Translations under genes and position numbers: made by a program
The notes under the pieces: generated by a model
What the model saw: only the letters and a program-made list of their open reading frames with translations
What the model was told of the DNA's origin: nothing
Database searches by the model: none
Part shown: positions 49,294-58,372 of the stretch, in pieces
How positions within the stretch are numbered: the stretch's first letter is position 1
How the letters are laid out: the number at the start of each line of letters is the position of its first letter
Assembly: GCA_965228855.1 (NCBI GenBank)
Contig: CBDDIJ010000003.1
Coordinates: 3,392,001 to 3,456,000, forward strand
DNA: 64,000 nucleotides
Source of the DNA: Candidatus Obscuribacterales bacterium
GTDB lineage: Bacteria > Cyanobacteriota > Vampirovibrionia > Obscuribacterales > Obscuribacteraceae
Direction: 5' to 3'

Positions 49294-49340
49294 CTAACTT
49301 CAGGCGTAACCGGCGTGAAATCCGGGTTTCAGCCTTGAAA

Positions 49341-49739
49341 TCACTGACGGCAAATTATTTGGGAAGAAACCGCTCGAGCCTGAAGTCCCTTTTGCAACAC
49401 CGACACACTTTTCTCCGGGTCACAACTTGTCCCACACGTAAAGCAGTCCCAAAAGACCTTCTGCACTTCAGGATACGTATGGAGACTCGCATGGCTCTCA
49501 GCGAGAACGACGACCACTGTCACTCCCTGTGGTTCAAACTTTTGAGCACAAACATTTAGTACCGTCGCACCGGTAGCTTCAGCAGCCGAGCCGGCCAGTT
49601 CTCGGAGCGCGTCCATATCATTTAATAGATTGGGACTGCAATCGTTCAAGGTCAGCAAGAGATGTCGTCCACTCGCTTCATGCGGACCAGGCTGTTCAGT
49701 CTGAGCTTCTGATTGTGATTGCGCCGTCGTATTGATCAC
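49341..49739 (-). CDS. speD: S-adenosylmethionine decarboxylase proenzyme family (pyruvoyl-dependent)
   Basis: GRHLL, FEPQGVT, LAESHASLHTYPE (E-S cleavage site), DCFTCG; start uncertain (ORF opens 49811). Confidence 0.88.
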   Translation of the reverse strand: MINTTAQSQSEAQTEQPGPHEASGRHLLLTLNDCSPNLLNDMDALRELAGSAAEATGATVLNVCAQKFEPQGVTVVVVLAESHASLHTYPEVQKVFWDCFTCGTSCDPEKSVSVLQKGLQARAVSSQIICRQ

Positions 49740-50186
49740 CAACACACCGATTTCGAAATGAGACCTGCGAAAACCAAGCTGGAAGCAGTATACCGCGGCA
49801 TTTACACCCACTCAGGGAGCCAGCGTGAAAAAAATAACATTATCAGTAGCAAGCTCGGAGAAGAAACTCATATCCGTCACAATTTAATCTTTCAGACTCC
49901 CGAATCGCCGGTCGGCGAAAGGATTGGGCGGCTGCGGCGCAGGTCCTTCAACAGGATTGCAAAGCCGAAATGCAAAACAGAGGTGGAAATTCCAGAAATG
50001 CCAAAGGTCTGCGAACTGAAAAGAGTTTGAAAGAGTTGCCTTGATAAGTTGGAAGTAGCTGGAGCGGCGGAAGTGAAGCCTTAGAGGTGAGGCACAGCTT
50101 TTTCGAACACGAGACGCCTTCTATTCATACGTGAACGATTTCGCTGCCTTCAGCACCAATTTAATTTAGAGAGTGGAGGTTGACCT

Positions 50187-50393
50187 ATGTACGCAAAATC
50201 TAAGGAACTGAAAAGAAGGATTCCGGTCCGTTATCAGTGCCAGGACTGTGAGGCATTCTTCACAGCTAAGGCGAGCGCTCAGCATTGCCCATCTTGCTCT
50301 TCGCGGGAGCGGGGCAATCTCATCATTCTGCATATGGAAAATGACATCGAGACCACTGAATGGCTCGAACTCATAGATTTTTCCGCAGGCTGA
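50187..50393 (+). CDS. Small zinc-ribbon protein
   Basis: GGAGG RBS; YQCQDC...HCPSC. Confidence 0.75.
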   Translation: MYAKSKELKRRIPVRYQCQDCEAFFTAKASAQHCPSCSSRERGNLIILHMENDIETTEWLELIDFSAG

Positions 50394-50409
50394 TAGCCTG
50401 AGACAGCTC

Positions 50410-50478
50410 GCTACATGTCAGGGCGCATTGTTTGAATTCACACCATGCGATTCCCCAGGCGATGCCCCTGACAGTAGC
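50410..50478 (+). other. Long imperfect RNA hairpin
   Basis: GCTAC(A)TGTCAGGG(C)GCATTGTTTG pairs with CAGGCGATGCCCCTGACAGTAGC, about 23 bp with two bulges and G.U pairs. Confidence 0.6.
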
Positions 50479-50533
50479 CCTCTTGTGCACTTAAGGTTTA
50501 AACTTGAAATGAACCTTACGGCACGATAGTACG

Positions 50534-51193
50534 ATGAAGATATTGCTTATCGAAGATGACGACCTGGTGGCGGACTCGCTTGCTCGTGCATTGCGGGGTA
50601 GTGGCTATGTCGTCGATTGCGTTGGCAATGGAACGCATGCAGAGACTGCGGTCAAAACCGAGCCATATGACGCAGTTATCCTCGATCTCGGACTGCCCGA
50701 GATGGACGGGCTTGAGTTTTTGAAACGAATTCGCGCAAAAAAAATCGGAGTTCCGGTTCTCATTCTCACGGCAAGAGATAGCTACGAAGAGCGAATCGAA
50801 GGGCTCGATTGCGGCGCAAACGATTATGTGACAAAACCTTTTCACCTTGGAGAACTGGAGGCCCGCGTCCGGGCGTTGCTCCGGCTGAGCGTTTCCAACG
50901 CCACCAGCGTCAGTGTGGGTGAGCTGACCTTCGATACTGTTCGCAGAGTACTGCGAAAAGGCGATGAGCTCATCGAGCTGTCCCCCCGCGAATATGCGGT
51001 TCTCGAGATTTTAATTCATAACATCGGTTCGCTCGTCACGAAACAAAAAATGGCCTCTCTGCTAAGCGACTGGGATGCAAGTGTGACATTCAACGCAATC
51101 GATATCATCGTACACCGATTGCGGAAGAAGCTCGAACCGTATGGTTTGAAACTGCAAACAATTCGGGGGCTAGGTTTCCTTGTCGAGCCGTAA
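50534..51193 (+). CDS. OmpR-family response regulator (TctD-like)
   Basis: LLIEDD, ILDLGLP, LTARD, KPF, winged helix HRLRKKL...TIRGLGF. Confidence 0.95.
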   Translation: MKILLIEDDDLVADSLARALRGSGYVVDCVGNGTHAETAVKTEPYDAVILDLGLPEMDGLEFLKRIRAKKIGVPVLILTARDSYEERIEGLDCGANDYVTKPFHLGELEARVRALLRLSVSNATSVSVGELTFDTVRRVLRKGDELIELSPREYAVLEILIHNIGSLVTKQKMASLLSDWDASVTFNAIDIIVHRLRKKLEPYGLKLQTIRGLGFLVEP

Positions 51194-52577
51194 AGCGCAT
51201 AGAGGCTCAATTCGCAAGACATTGCTTCTCTGGTTACTCATACCACTTGTATGCTTGTGCTCGCTATCAGCATTCGTGGCTTATCGACTCGCAGAGAAAT
51301 TTGCAAATGAATCTTACGATCGACTCCTTTTGAAATCGGCTGAATCCATCGCCAGCAGGCTAGGAAGGAATGAGGCCGGGGTTGTCGTTGTAGACTTGCC
51401 ACGCGCAGCACAGGCAATCCTTCGACACAATCTAAAAGACGAATTCTATTACCAAATCGCCGACAGCTATGGTCACCGATTGACCGGCGACGCAATTCTT
51501 CCACTTCCTCAAGATGTTTCGGACGCCGGGCCGCGTTTCAAATACACAGTAATAGATGGTCAGCAAATTCGCACCTGCCGAATCTCTGTTGCGGTCAGCC
51601 CCAGTGACGACATCATCTGGGTGCAGGTTGCCGAAAGTTTGAACAATCGCCGCCGCTTTTTGGAGCAAATTTTCTTGAGCATTTTGGCACCGCAGTTGAT
51701 GCTCGTACTATTGGCGAGCCTCTCCGTCTGGCTTGGCGTCAAGCACGGTCTTGACCCGCTTGAGAGACTCGGGAAGTTGCTTAAATCAAGAGGTGAACTA
51801 GATCTATCCCCCGTAGAAATTGGTGAAACCCCAGCGGAATTAGAGCCGGTTTCCACGGCTTTGAATAAACTTTTTGCAAACGCAAACAATCACATTCACT
51901 TGCAACGACAATTTATCGGCAACGCCGCTCACCAGCTCAGAACACCGGTCACCGCGTTGAAAACATATGTCGATTACGCAGAAAGAATCAAAGACACCGA
52001 AAAGGACACACTCGACACTGTATTGAAACAAATGTCGGAAGCTTCGAGCCGCGTGGCTCACATGGTCAACCGTTTATTGAGCCTTGCGCGCTCGGAAGAA
52101 CACGATCGCAAGGACATCGAGAACATGGACTTGACCGAAGCAGTAAACGACGCGGCTTCAAACGTTGTACACGAAGCGCTCAGCCGTGGAGTCAACATGG
52201 AATTCGACCTTCCCGAGACACCAGTGATGGTGCGCGCAGATCGAGGAGACGTCGTCGAAATGTTGACGAACCTTTTCGACAACGCCATTCGATATACCGC
52301 GCCGAAAGGCTTTGTGGAAGTTAAAATCGAGCAAGGTGAGCAAATTACGCTCACCGTTGCTGATAACGGTCCTGGAATCGCCGATTCCGAAAAAGAAAAA
52401 GTTTTTCAACGCTTCTACAGAATCCCTGGAACCAACGGTTCCGGATGCGGACTGGGTTTGTCCATTGTGGGCGAAGTAGCAAGTACTAACGATGCAAACG
52501 TAGACGTACTGGACCGTCCCGACGGTGGCACTATTTTCCGTGTCATTTTTCCCGCGGTCGCAAATTACGTGGATTAG
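51180..52577 (+). CDS. Sensor histidine kinase (TctE-like, 2CSK_N sensor)
   Basis: Two TMs, YDRLL, FIGNAAHQLRTP H-box, NLFDNAIRY, DNGPGI, GCGLGL; overlaps the regulator stop. Confidence 0.95.
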   Translation: MSSRKAHRGSIRKTLLLWLLIPLVCLCSLSAFVAYRLAEKFANESYDRLLLKSAESIASRLGRNEAGVVVVDLPRAAQAILRHNLKDEFYYQIADSYGHRLTGDAILPLPQDVSDAGPRFKYTVIDGQQIRTCRISVAVSPSDDIIWVQVAESLNNRRRFLEQIFLSILAPQLMLVLLASLSVWLGVKHGLDPLERLGKLLKSRGELDLSPVEIGETPAELEPVSTALNKLFANANNHIHLQRQFIGNAAHQLRTPVTALKTYVDYAERIKDTEKDTLDTVLKQMSEASSRVAHMVNRLLSLARSEEHDRKDIENMDLTEAVNDAASNVVHEALSRGVNMEFDLPETPVMVRADRGDVVEMLTNLFDNAIRYTAPKGFVEVKIEQGEQITLTVADNGPGIADSEKEKVFQRFYRIPGTNGSGCGLGLSIVGEVASTNDANVDVLDRPDGGTIFRVIFPAVANYVD

Positions 52578-52678
52578 CTTGCCACCTGCTTTACGGTTGA
52601 TAGCGCAGACAGTGCCGGAAATCTTGGTGAAATTTTCCGGAGCTACAATGTGTATAGACAACAAGTAAAACCGAGGCA

Positions 52679-52903
52679 TTGAAGGCATTGCGAAAGGCTG
52701 CCAGTCGCATCGAAATCCAGGTAACGAATTCCGCGAAACTAATTCTGTTTTCGGTCATGAGCTTGATAGTGGCTCAGGTGATTGGATTTGCAGTGTACGA
52801 GCACTGGCGCGACGGCGTTGCGGGCACTTTTGTCGGAACAATTGGCTACCTGACCTTACAACTTTTAACGTGGATGAGATATGGAAACCGCAAAGATGAA
52901 TAG
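52679..52903 (+). CDS. Small two-TM membrane protein
   Basis: TTG start after GAGG; two hydrophobic segments; overlaps the next gene. Confidence 0.55.
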   Translation: MKALRKAASRIEIQVTNSAKLILFSVMSLIVAQVIGFAVYEHWRDGVAGTFVGTIGYLTLQLLTWMRYGNRKDE

Positions 52904-53228
52904 GATATCCGCAACCGTTGAAGATTTCGTGAGGAAGCATATTCGCTCAGTATGGCAACTCGAATTGCTTCTACTCATAAAATCAAGCAAGAAACCGCTA
53001 AATCTCAGCGAGATTGCGAACGCTTTATACCTGACGGACGAAATCGTATCGAGCGGTTTAAAAGATTTCGAAAGGTACGGGCTGGTCGGTCCGTCTTACA
53101 TTGAGCCGCATTCTTATGTATTTGCACCACGAACTCCTCAGCTCCGCGAGGCGGTGGAACAAACAGGAAAGGCTTATGGCGAGCGCCGCGTTGCTATTAT
53201 CAATCTGATTTTTTCGACTGCGAATTGA
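52896..53228 (+). CDS. Hypothetical winged-helix-like protein
   Basis: FVRKHIRSVWQLELLLL...LSEIANALYL...LKDFERYGLV pattern. Confidence 0.7.
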   Translation: MNRISATVEDFVRKHIRSVWQLELLLLIKSSKKPLNLSEIANALYLTDEIVSSGLKDFERYGLVGPSYIEPHSYVFAPRTPQLREAVEQTGKAYGERRVAIINLIFSTAN

Positions 53229-53273
53229 AACGACTTTTCAGTTTCAACTTCTGAATGCCAGAGCATTACCCCG

Positions 53274-53882
53274 TCAATCAAGCTTATTAATCCAATCAAC
53301 ACAAATCTCAATTGCCCGATCTTCGGACTTCGGCTGAAATGAATGATCACCGGGAATCACTTCTGATGTGAGCGGAGCGCGAATGACTTTCTGCACCTCC
53401 GCTAGCCTATCGAGTGGACAGAGCTTGTCCTTATCACCCGTGATGAAAAGCATCGGCACTCGGATATTTTCCAGGTGCGTCCAATCGCGTGGTTTTGATT
53501 TCGGGGACATGCCAACAAGTGGCATTCCATAGAAAGCCAACGCCTTGATATCATCCCGCTCGGCTGCGACGTAGGAACCAACCCGGGCCCCAAATGACTT
53601 TCCAATTAGAATTGGCTTTCCGAACTGTTTCATGAATTCAATAGCATGCACGAGTTCGGGCTTTTCGTTCTTTCCGCCGGCTGACGGTGCCGGCTTCTTT
53701 CCTATATAGCTAAAATTGTAGCGGAGTACTATAAAACCCAGATCCGCCAGTCGCGATGCCGTTTTCTCAAGTATTGCCGCATCCATTCCGCGTCCGGCAC
53801 CATGGCTGATGATTACCGGTCCACGCTCGTTGGCACCGGATATGATACCGTCCAGTTCAAAAGGCACTATCGCTTTAGTCAT
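53274..53882 (-). CDS. Alpha/beta hydrolase (KANL3/Tex30-like)
   Basis: HGAG, GKSFGAR nucleophile elbow, GDKDKLC, GDHSF. Confidence 0.9.
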   Translation of the reverse strand: MTKAIVPFELDGIISGANERGPVIISHGAGRGMDAAILEKTASRLADLGFIVLRYNFSYIGKKPAPSAGGKNEKPELVHAIEFMKQFGKPILIGKSFGARVGSYVAAERDDIKALAFYGMPLVGMSPKSKPRDWTHLENIRVPMLFITGDKDKLCPLDRLAEVQKVIRAPLTSEVIPGDHSFQPKSEDRAIEICVDWINKLD

Positions 53883-54678
53883 TGAACGGCGAAGGAGCTC
53901 CCTCGATTTTTATTGACTCGGGATTGACTCCCCAGGAACGCAGCGTTTCTCTTTCGTCTTTACCGGACTCGCACTTCTTGTACTTTGCCGGAACACCTTT
54001 TACGACACGATCGCACTCAGGCCAAGTCATATGACGAGTTACCACTCCGCGAACCAGACTTAGATAAGTTTTCTTTCCACCCTTTGCCGCACTGGAGCCC
54101 TTCTTCGCAGAGCCTTTTGCCGAGCCGTTCTTACCGCTCGACGAGGTCATTTCATCTTCAGGCGGAAGCTCGCTCAAGTCCACAAAATATCCATCCAGCG
54201 GACCCACGTAAAGTCGGTCAGGTTTCTTCGTCGCAAATGAAACAGCAATTTGATCGCAACGTTCATTCCCCGGATATCCGGAGTGACCGCGCACATACTT
54301 CCATTTGATGGTAGCCGGTTTGACTCGGGCTACCTGACGGACAAGCTCTTCCCATAAATCACGATTGGCGACATCTTTGCCCTCTGCACTCTTCCAGCCG
54401 CGAGAACGCCACCCGAAAACCCACTTCGTGATTCCATTGATCAAATACTGTGAATCTGTATACAGAATAATATCGCCCTGAGGCTCTTCCAGAATCGCAA
54501 GGGCGCGAAGAGCCGCCACCATCTCCATGCGATTATTAGTTGTCTGAGGATTGCCGTCACCGAGTTCATGCACGGTTCCATTCGGTAAAACCACGACGGA
54601 CCCCCAACCTCCAGGTCCCGGATTACCGGTGCACGCACCGTCTGTAAAAATCAAAATATAGCTGGGATCGTATTTCAT
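53875..54678 (-). CDS. rnhA: Ribonuclease HI with C-terminal hybrid-binding (viroplasmin-like) domain
   Basis: FTDGACTGNPGPGGWG, TTNNRMEM, YTDSQY, NRDLW, VRGHSG..GNERCD; tail TWPECDRVVKGVPAKYKK. Confidence 0.95.
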   Translation of the reverse strand: MKYDPSYILIFTDGACTGNPGPGGWGSVVVLPNGTVHELGDGNPQTTNNRMEMVAALRALAILEEPQGDIILYTDSQYLINGITKWVFGWRSRGWKSAEGKDVANRDLWEELVRQVARVKPATIKWKYVRGHSGYPGNERCDQIAVSFATKKPDRLYVGPLDGYFVDLSELPPEDEMTSSSGKNGSAKGSAKKGSSAAKGGKKTYLSLVRGVVTRHMTWPECDRVVKGVPAKYKKCESGKDERETLRSWGVNPESIKIEGAPSPFND

Positions 54679-54705
54679 AAAGTCTCCGAAGAGAGTCATT
54701 ATAGA

Positions 54706-57078
54706 TTAGATCCCATCTCGAATACTGTCGGTCCACATATGTTCATCGTCTAATGTTTCGTAAACCATTTCACCGAAACCGCTGATTCCAGTGCGTCTTT
54801 CAACGATCAATTGACAATAAGGCAGACCCTTTCTGGCACGTTCTGCGTAAAACTCTTTTGCCATCGTTTTCTTGATAGGCGTATCCCTCACGTCAATCAT
54901 CTTTAGACTCTTAACACCGGAGAGATGCATGAGGTCATCGAAAGTTAGTGGAGCATATCGAAGAGCAAGCCTTTCCGGATTCAGCTTGGCTAACTCTCGT
55001 ATACATGATGAATCACAGGGCAAGTGCGAGATACAGATGGTTTTCAAATTTTTCATTTTAGCTATACGATGCACACCCTTCATCGAAAGCCCGGTCTCAG
55101 TCATGCTCAAGCGCTCGAGGTTAGTCATCCTTTCGATAGTATCCAGACTCTTATCTGTCAGCTTTTTGCATCGGTCGAGAGAGAGAAATTTGAGATTACT
55201 CATCGAGGCGAGATTAGCGATGCCGTCATCAGTGATTCCGTCGTTACGGATGAACAGCTCGGTCAATTGAGGCATAGTCGCGAGAATCGCAAGATGTTTG
55301 TCTTCCAGCCGTGGATTCTCGAAGAGACGAAGCGCCTGGAGTGTCGATAGTTGCGCGAGACTCTCTAGATGGCGACCCGACAACTCCAAACTGATGATCG
55401 CAAACGCCACCACCCCTAGTGGTCTCAATTTCAACAATCCGCCAGGAGATATATACCCCTGATCAAACCAGAGACGCTTCGAATCATTCGGATCCTTTGC
55501 ACGAAACAGCTCATCGAGCGCGTCATCGTTGACCTCACCCATATTGAATGTCCAGTGATTGCCGTCAAATTCGTTAATTTGAAATTTAGTTTCAAGCAAA
55601 GTATTTTGCAGGGTTGCCGGACTTGAAGAACTTTCCAGTACCTTCTGATCGACAGTCTTTCCGTTTCTTACGGCATGTTCAGGATTGGGATTGGACAGAA
55701 ATAAACCGAGCGCACAGAGAAGAATAAAACCTACGACAGCACCGATTGCAGCGACATCAGATTTCTCCTTGCTTCTGGCCTCAACAGTCCCATGCGAAGA
55801 CTCAATGGTCTTCGTGCGCATCGCTTGGTGCAGGGCGGATGAGTAATCACCGGCATCCGAGCTTGTCTCGAAGGCTTGCTCTTCGACGGCACCGCTTCGC
55901 AAATCGCGCAAAAGATTTTCCAGATCGTTTTTAACTTCTCCCATACTTTGATAACGATCTTCGGGTTCTTTCGCCAGGCATTTTTCGAGAATTTGATCCA
56001 GTTTCTCAGGATAATGCTTGTCCGAAACCACTTCCGAGAGTCGGGGAATTGGCGCGTTAACGTGTGACGAAACAATTTCCATTACGGTTTCGCCAGAATA
56101 AATTTGCCTCCCGGTGAGAAGCTCGAACAATATACAACCCAGTGAATAAACTTCCGAGCGCCTGTCGAAACTAATTCCCCGCATCTGGTCCGGAGACATG
56201 TAGGCGGGAGTTCCAATGATGCTGGTTCCTTCCAAAATCGTCGGTGTAGTCGTTTCAAACTTAACGCGCGCGACGCCGAAATCCACCAGCTTTGCCGACA
56301 ATCTACCGTTGGATTCCACAACCAGCATGTTGCTCGGTTTCAGATCTCGATGAAATATCTCCTTGGCATGCGAGTATGAGAGGGCATCGCAAACAGAGGA
56401 AATGATCTGCACGATAGGCTCAAGTTCAAGCATCTCATGCCGTTGTACGAACGTTGCCAGATCCTCGCCCCTGATATTCTCCAGCACCATATACGGTATC
56501 CCCGCCGGGGTGGCACCGAAGTCCAGAATTTTGACGATATTTGGATGAGTCAGCTTGGAAATTGCGCGAGCTTCCTGCTGAAATCCGAGCAGTTGCTCAG
56601 CCGACAAATGATGCAAGGTTTTGACAGCCACATAGGTGCCAAGAAGTCTGTCTATGCAAAGGTAAACAGCACCTGAGGCACCGCGTCCGAGTTCACGAAT
56701 AGGTTTGAACCTTTCGATGGGAAAAGAACTCTCAGGCAAATCAAGTCCTTCGAGTTCTTCGCCATGAATTTCAGGACCACTGTCGAACGCCGGAACCTCG
56801 GCACTGGTTCTGGTCACGGCGACATCGACGACGTCCGGAGTCTCACACCGGCATGAATCAGACCGAAAAACGAATTGAGTGAGCGAGCCATCGCGCCCCG
56901 TGCTTACGCGCTTTCGGCATTTACGACAAACTTGAAACCGATGACTATCGGAATCACCAATTGAAGTTTCCGCGGTCTTCAAGGATGCACAATTGCACAC
57001 AAATATCCACTGCGTAAGTGACCCGGATGCGCCTCCGGGTTTAGGCTGCTTGCAATTCGGACAAATTTCGTCGGTCAC
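54706..57078 (-). CDS. Ser/Thr kinase with Cys-rich N-terminus, TM and C-terminal leucine-rich repeats
   Basis: LGRGASG, VAVK, HRDLKPSN, DFG, YMSPDQ; TM; LxxLxLxxxxITDxG LRRs. Confidence 0.93.
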   Translation of the reverse strand: MTDEICPNCKQPKPGGASGSLTQWIFVCNCASLKTAETSIGDSDSHRFQVCRKCRKRVSTGRDGSLTQFVFRSDSCRCETPDVVDVAVTRTSAEVPAFDSGPEIHGEELEGLDLPESSFPIERFKPIRELGRGASGAVYLCIDRLLGTYVAVKTLHHLSAEQLLGFQQEARAISKLTHPNIVKILDFGATPAGIPYMVLENIRGEDLATFVQRHEMLELEPIVQIISSVCDALSYSHAKEIFHRDLKPSNMLVVESNGRLSAKLVDFGVARVKFETTTPTILEGTSIIGTPAYMSPDQMRGISFDRRSEVYSLGCILFELLTGRQIYSGETVMEIVSSHVNAPIPRLSEVVSDKHYPEKLDQILEKCLAKEPEDRYQSMGEVKNDLENLLRDLRSGAVEEQAFETSSDAGDYSSALHQAMRTKTIESSHGTVEARSKEKSDVAAIGAVVGFILLCALGLFLSNPNPEHAVRNGKTVDQKVLESSSSPATLQNTLLETKFQINEFDGNHWTFNMGEVNDDALDELFRAKDPNDSKRLWFDQGYISPGGLLKLRPLGVVAFAIISLELSGRHLESLAQLSTLQALRLFENPRLEDKHLAILATMPQLTELFIRNDGITDDGIANLASMSNLKFLSLDRCKKLTDKSLDTIERMTNLERLSMTETGLSMKGVHRIAKMKNLKTICISHLPCDSSCIRELAKLNPERLALRYAPLTFDDLMHLSGVKSLKMIDVRDTPIKKTMAKEFYAERARKGLPYCQLIVERRTGISGFGEMVYETLDDEHMWTDSIRDGI

Positions 57079-57098
57079 ATCAGCTCCCGTGTCGGTCG

Positions 57099-57938
57099 TT
57101 AGTCAGCGCTCGCACAGCAGCTCTCTATTGCCACTATAACCTCGTCTTCCGATTGTATGTGCGGTCCATGCTCACAATCATCCAGGAGAATGAGTTTGGA
57201 TGCACCAATGTGCTTTGCGAGGTTTTCTGAATTCCCGACCGGCATTAACCGATCGGTGCGACCGGCCAGTATAGTGGTCGGCCGTTTTATTTTTGAGAGA
57301 TATGAAACTCCGTCAAAACCGCGAAAGGCATGCGAGTGACCAAGCAATGCGGCCGGTCGAGTCGGAGTTTCCTTCGACGCTTCGTATATAGCTTTGAACG
57401 CCGGTTGGCAACGCTCGAACGCCTCAGCTGAGTACATCAGCTTCCAGGTGTACATGTAAATGTCCCAGAGAGTTTTCCCTTCCGGATTGGCCAGAGCCGT
57501 CGACATTGCCTTATCAGGTTTAACATAGAGAGAACCACCTGCGGTACCACTCATCAGAAACAAGGACTTAACCATCTCCTGGTGGTCGTACGCATATTGC
57601 AATGCGATGCAGCTTCCCATACTATATCCGAGCAGGTGATGAGAATCGATTCCGAACATATTAATGACTTCGAACAGGTCATCGGCCATCGCCTTGATAG
57701 AATACTCTTCAGCTTGCTTCGGAAGAAAACTCAAGCCAGTACCGCGATTGTCATAAGTAACCACGCAGAAATTCTTGGCTAGTTTTTCGACGAACGATTC
57801 CGGCCAGATACGGAGACTTCCGCCGTAGCCCATCACGAGAACAAGAGTGTCTCCGGAAGTGCTTGTGAATGTTTTTCTGGCGAAAATTCCGCTGGCGGTT
57901 TTCTCTTCGATAATTGACGGCGCGATGCTTTGTGTCAT
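57099..57938 (-). CDS. Alpha/beta fold hydrolase
   Basis: YDNRGTGLS, GYSMG, GRTDRLMP, CEHGPH. Confidence 0.9.
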   Translation of the reverse strand: MTQSIAPSIIEEKTASGIFARKTFTSTSGDTLVLVMGYGGSLRIWPESFVEKLAKNFCVVTYDNRGTGLSFLPKQAEEYSIKAMADDLFEVINMFGIDSHHLLGYSMGSCIALQYAYDHQEMVKSLFLMSGTAGGSLYVKPDKAMSTALANPEGKTLWDIYMYTWKLMYSAEAFERCQPAFKAIYEASKETPTRPAALLGHSHAFRGFDGVSYLSKIKRPTTILAGRTDRLMPVGNSENLAKHIGASKLILLDDCEHGPHIQSEDEVIVAIESCCASAD

Positions 57939-58049
57939 TGATTGGTTCCATGTGAAGCATCCAACATTATAGATTAGCGACCATATCACTCTGGCTGAAC
58001 GCCCAAAACTATTAAGGTAGCTACGTCAATTTAAGCATGGGCGCCGGAT

Positions 58050-58303
58050 CTGCCTCGAATGTACGGATAAAAATACGATTCAGTCAGCTCCATTGGCAGC
58101 TTCAACTGCTGCTGGCATTATGGTGTCCATGGGCGCGGATCATGGCAGAATCGGCATCGCCGCAACTCTACCGCAATCAGGTCGCGCCCCTCAAGGTAAG
58201 CCAAAAGCTATGGTTCGACTCCATAAACTTCGAAGGCAGCTGAAAAGCAACGAACGATGAGCCTTGCAGAACGCTCAAGCTAGCGGTCTCCGCTCATCGT
58301 TCG
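58050..58303 (+). ncRNA. Candidate structured ncRNA / 5' leader with a tRNA-like T-arm
   Basis: T-arm TATGG-TTCGACT-CCATA (58209-58225); long-range pairing 58050-58059 with 58229-58239; stems 58093-58115, 58131-58189 and a perfect 12-bp stem 58251-58262/58292-58303. Confidence 0.55.
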
Positions 58304-58372
58304 AGCCCGAGAAAATATCGCTCGCATTTTGGCTGGATAAAACCAATATGAAGCCTTCAGGAGGTGATTGTC

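Noticed and set aside
49812..49871. 19-codon upstream ORF before speD
   Set aside because: Weak RBS and no suggestive codon content; likely chance.
49719..50030. 103-aa plus-strand ORF
   Set aside because: Overlaps the speD 5' region, with no recognisable motif or RBS.
50391..50478. Selenocysteine read-through of the zinc-ribbon TGA with a SECIS hairpin
   Set aside because: The TGA is immediately followed by TAG and there is no redox motif context.
50410..50478. Integron attC site
   Set aside because: Bulged hairpin, but lacks RYYYAAC/GTTRRRY ends and no integrase is present.
58050..58240. Canonical tRNA or selC gene
   Set aside because: The T-arm is canonical, but there is no matching 7-8 bp acceptor stem, D-arm and anticodon arm at normal spacing, and no CCA; kept only as a tRNA-like candidate.
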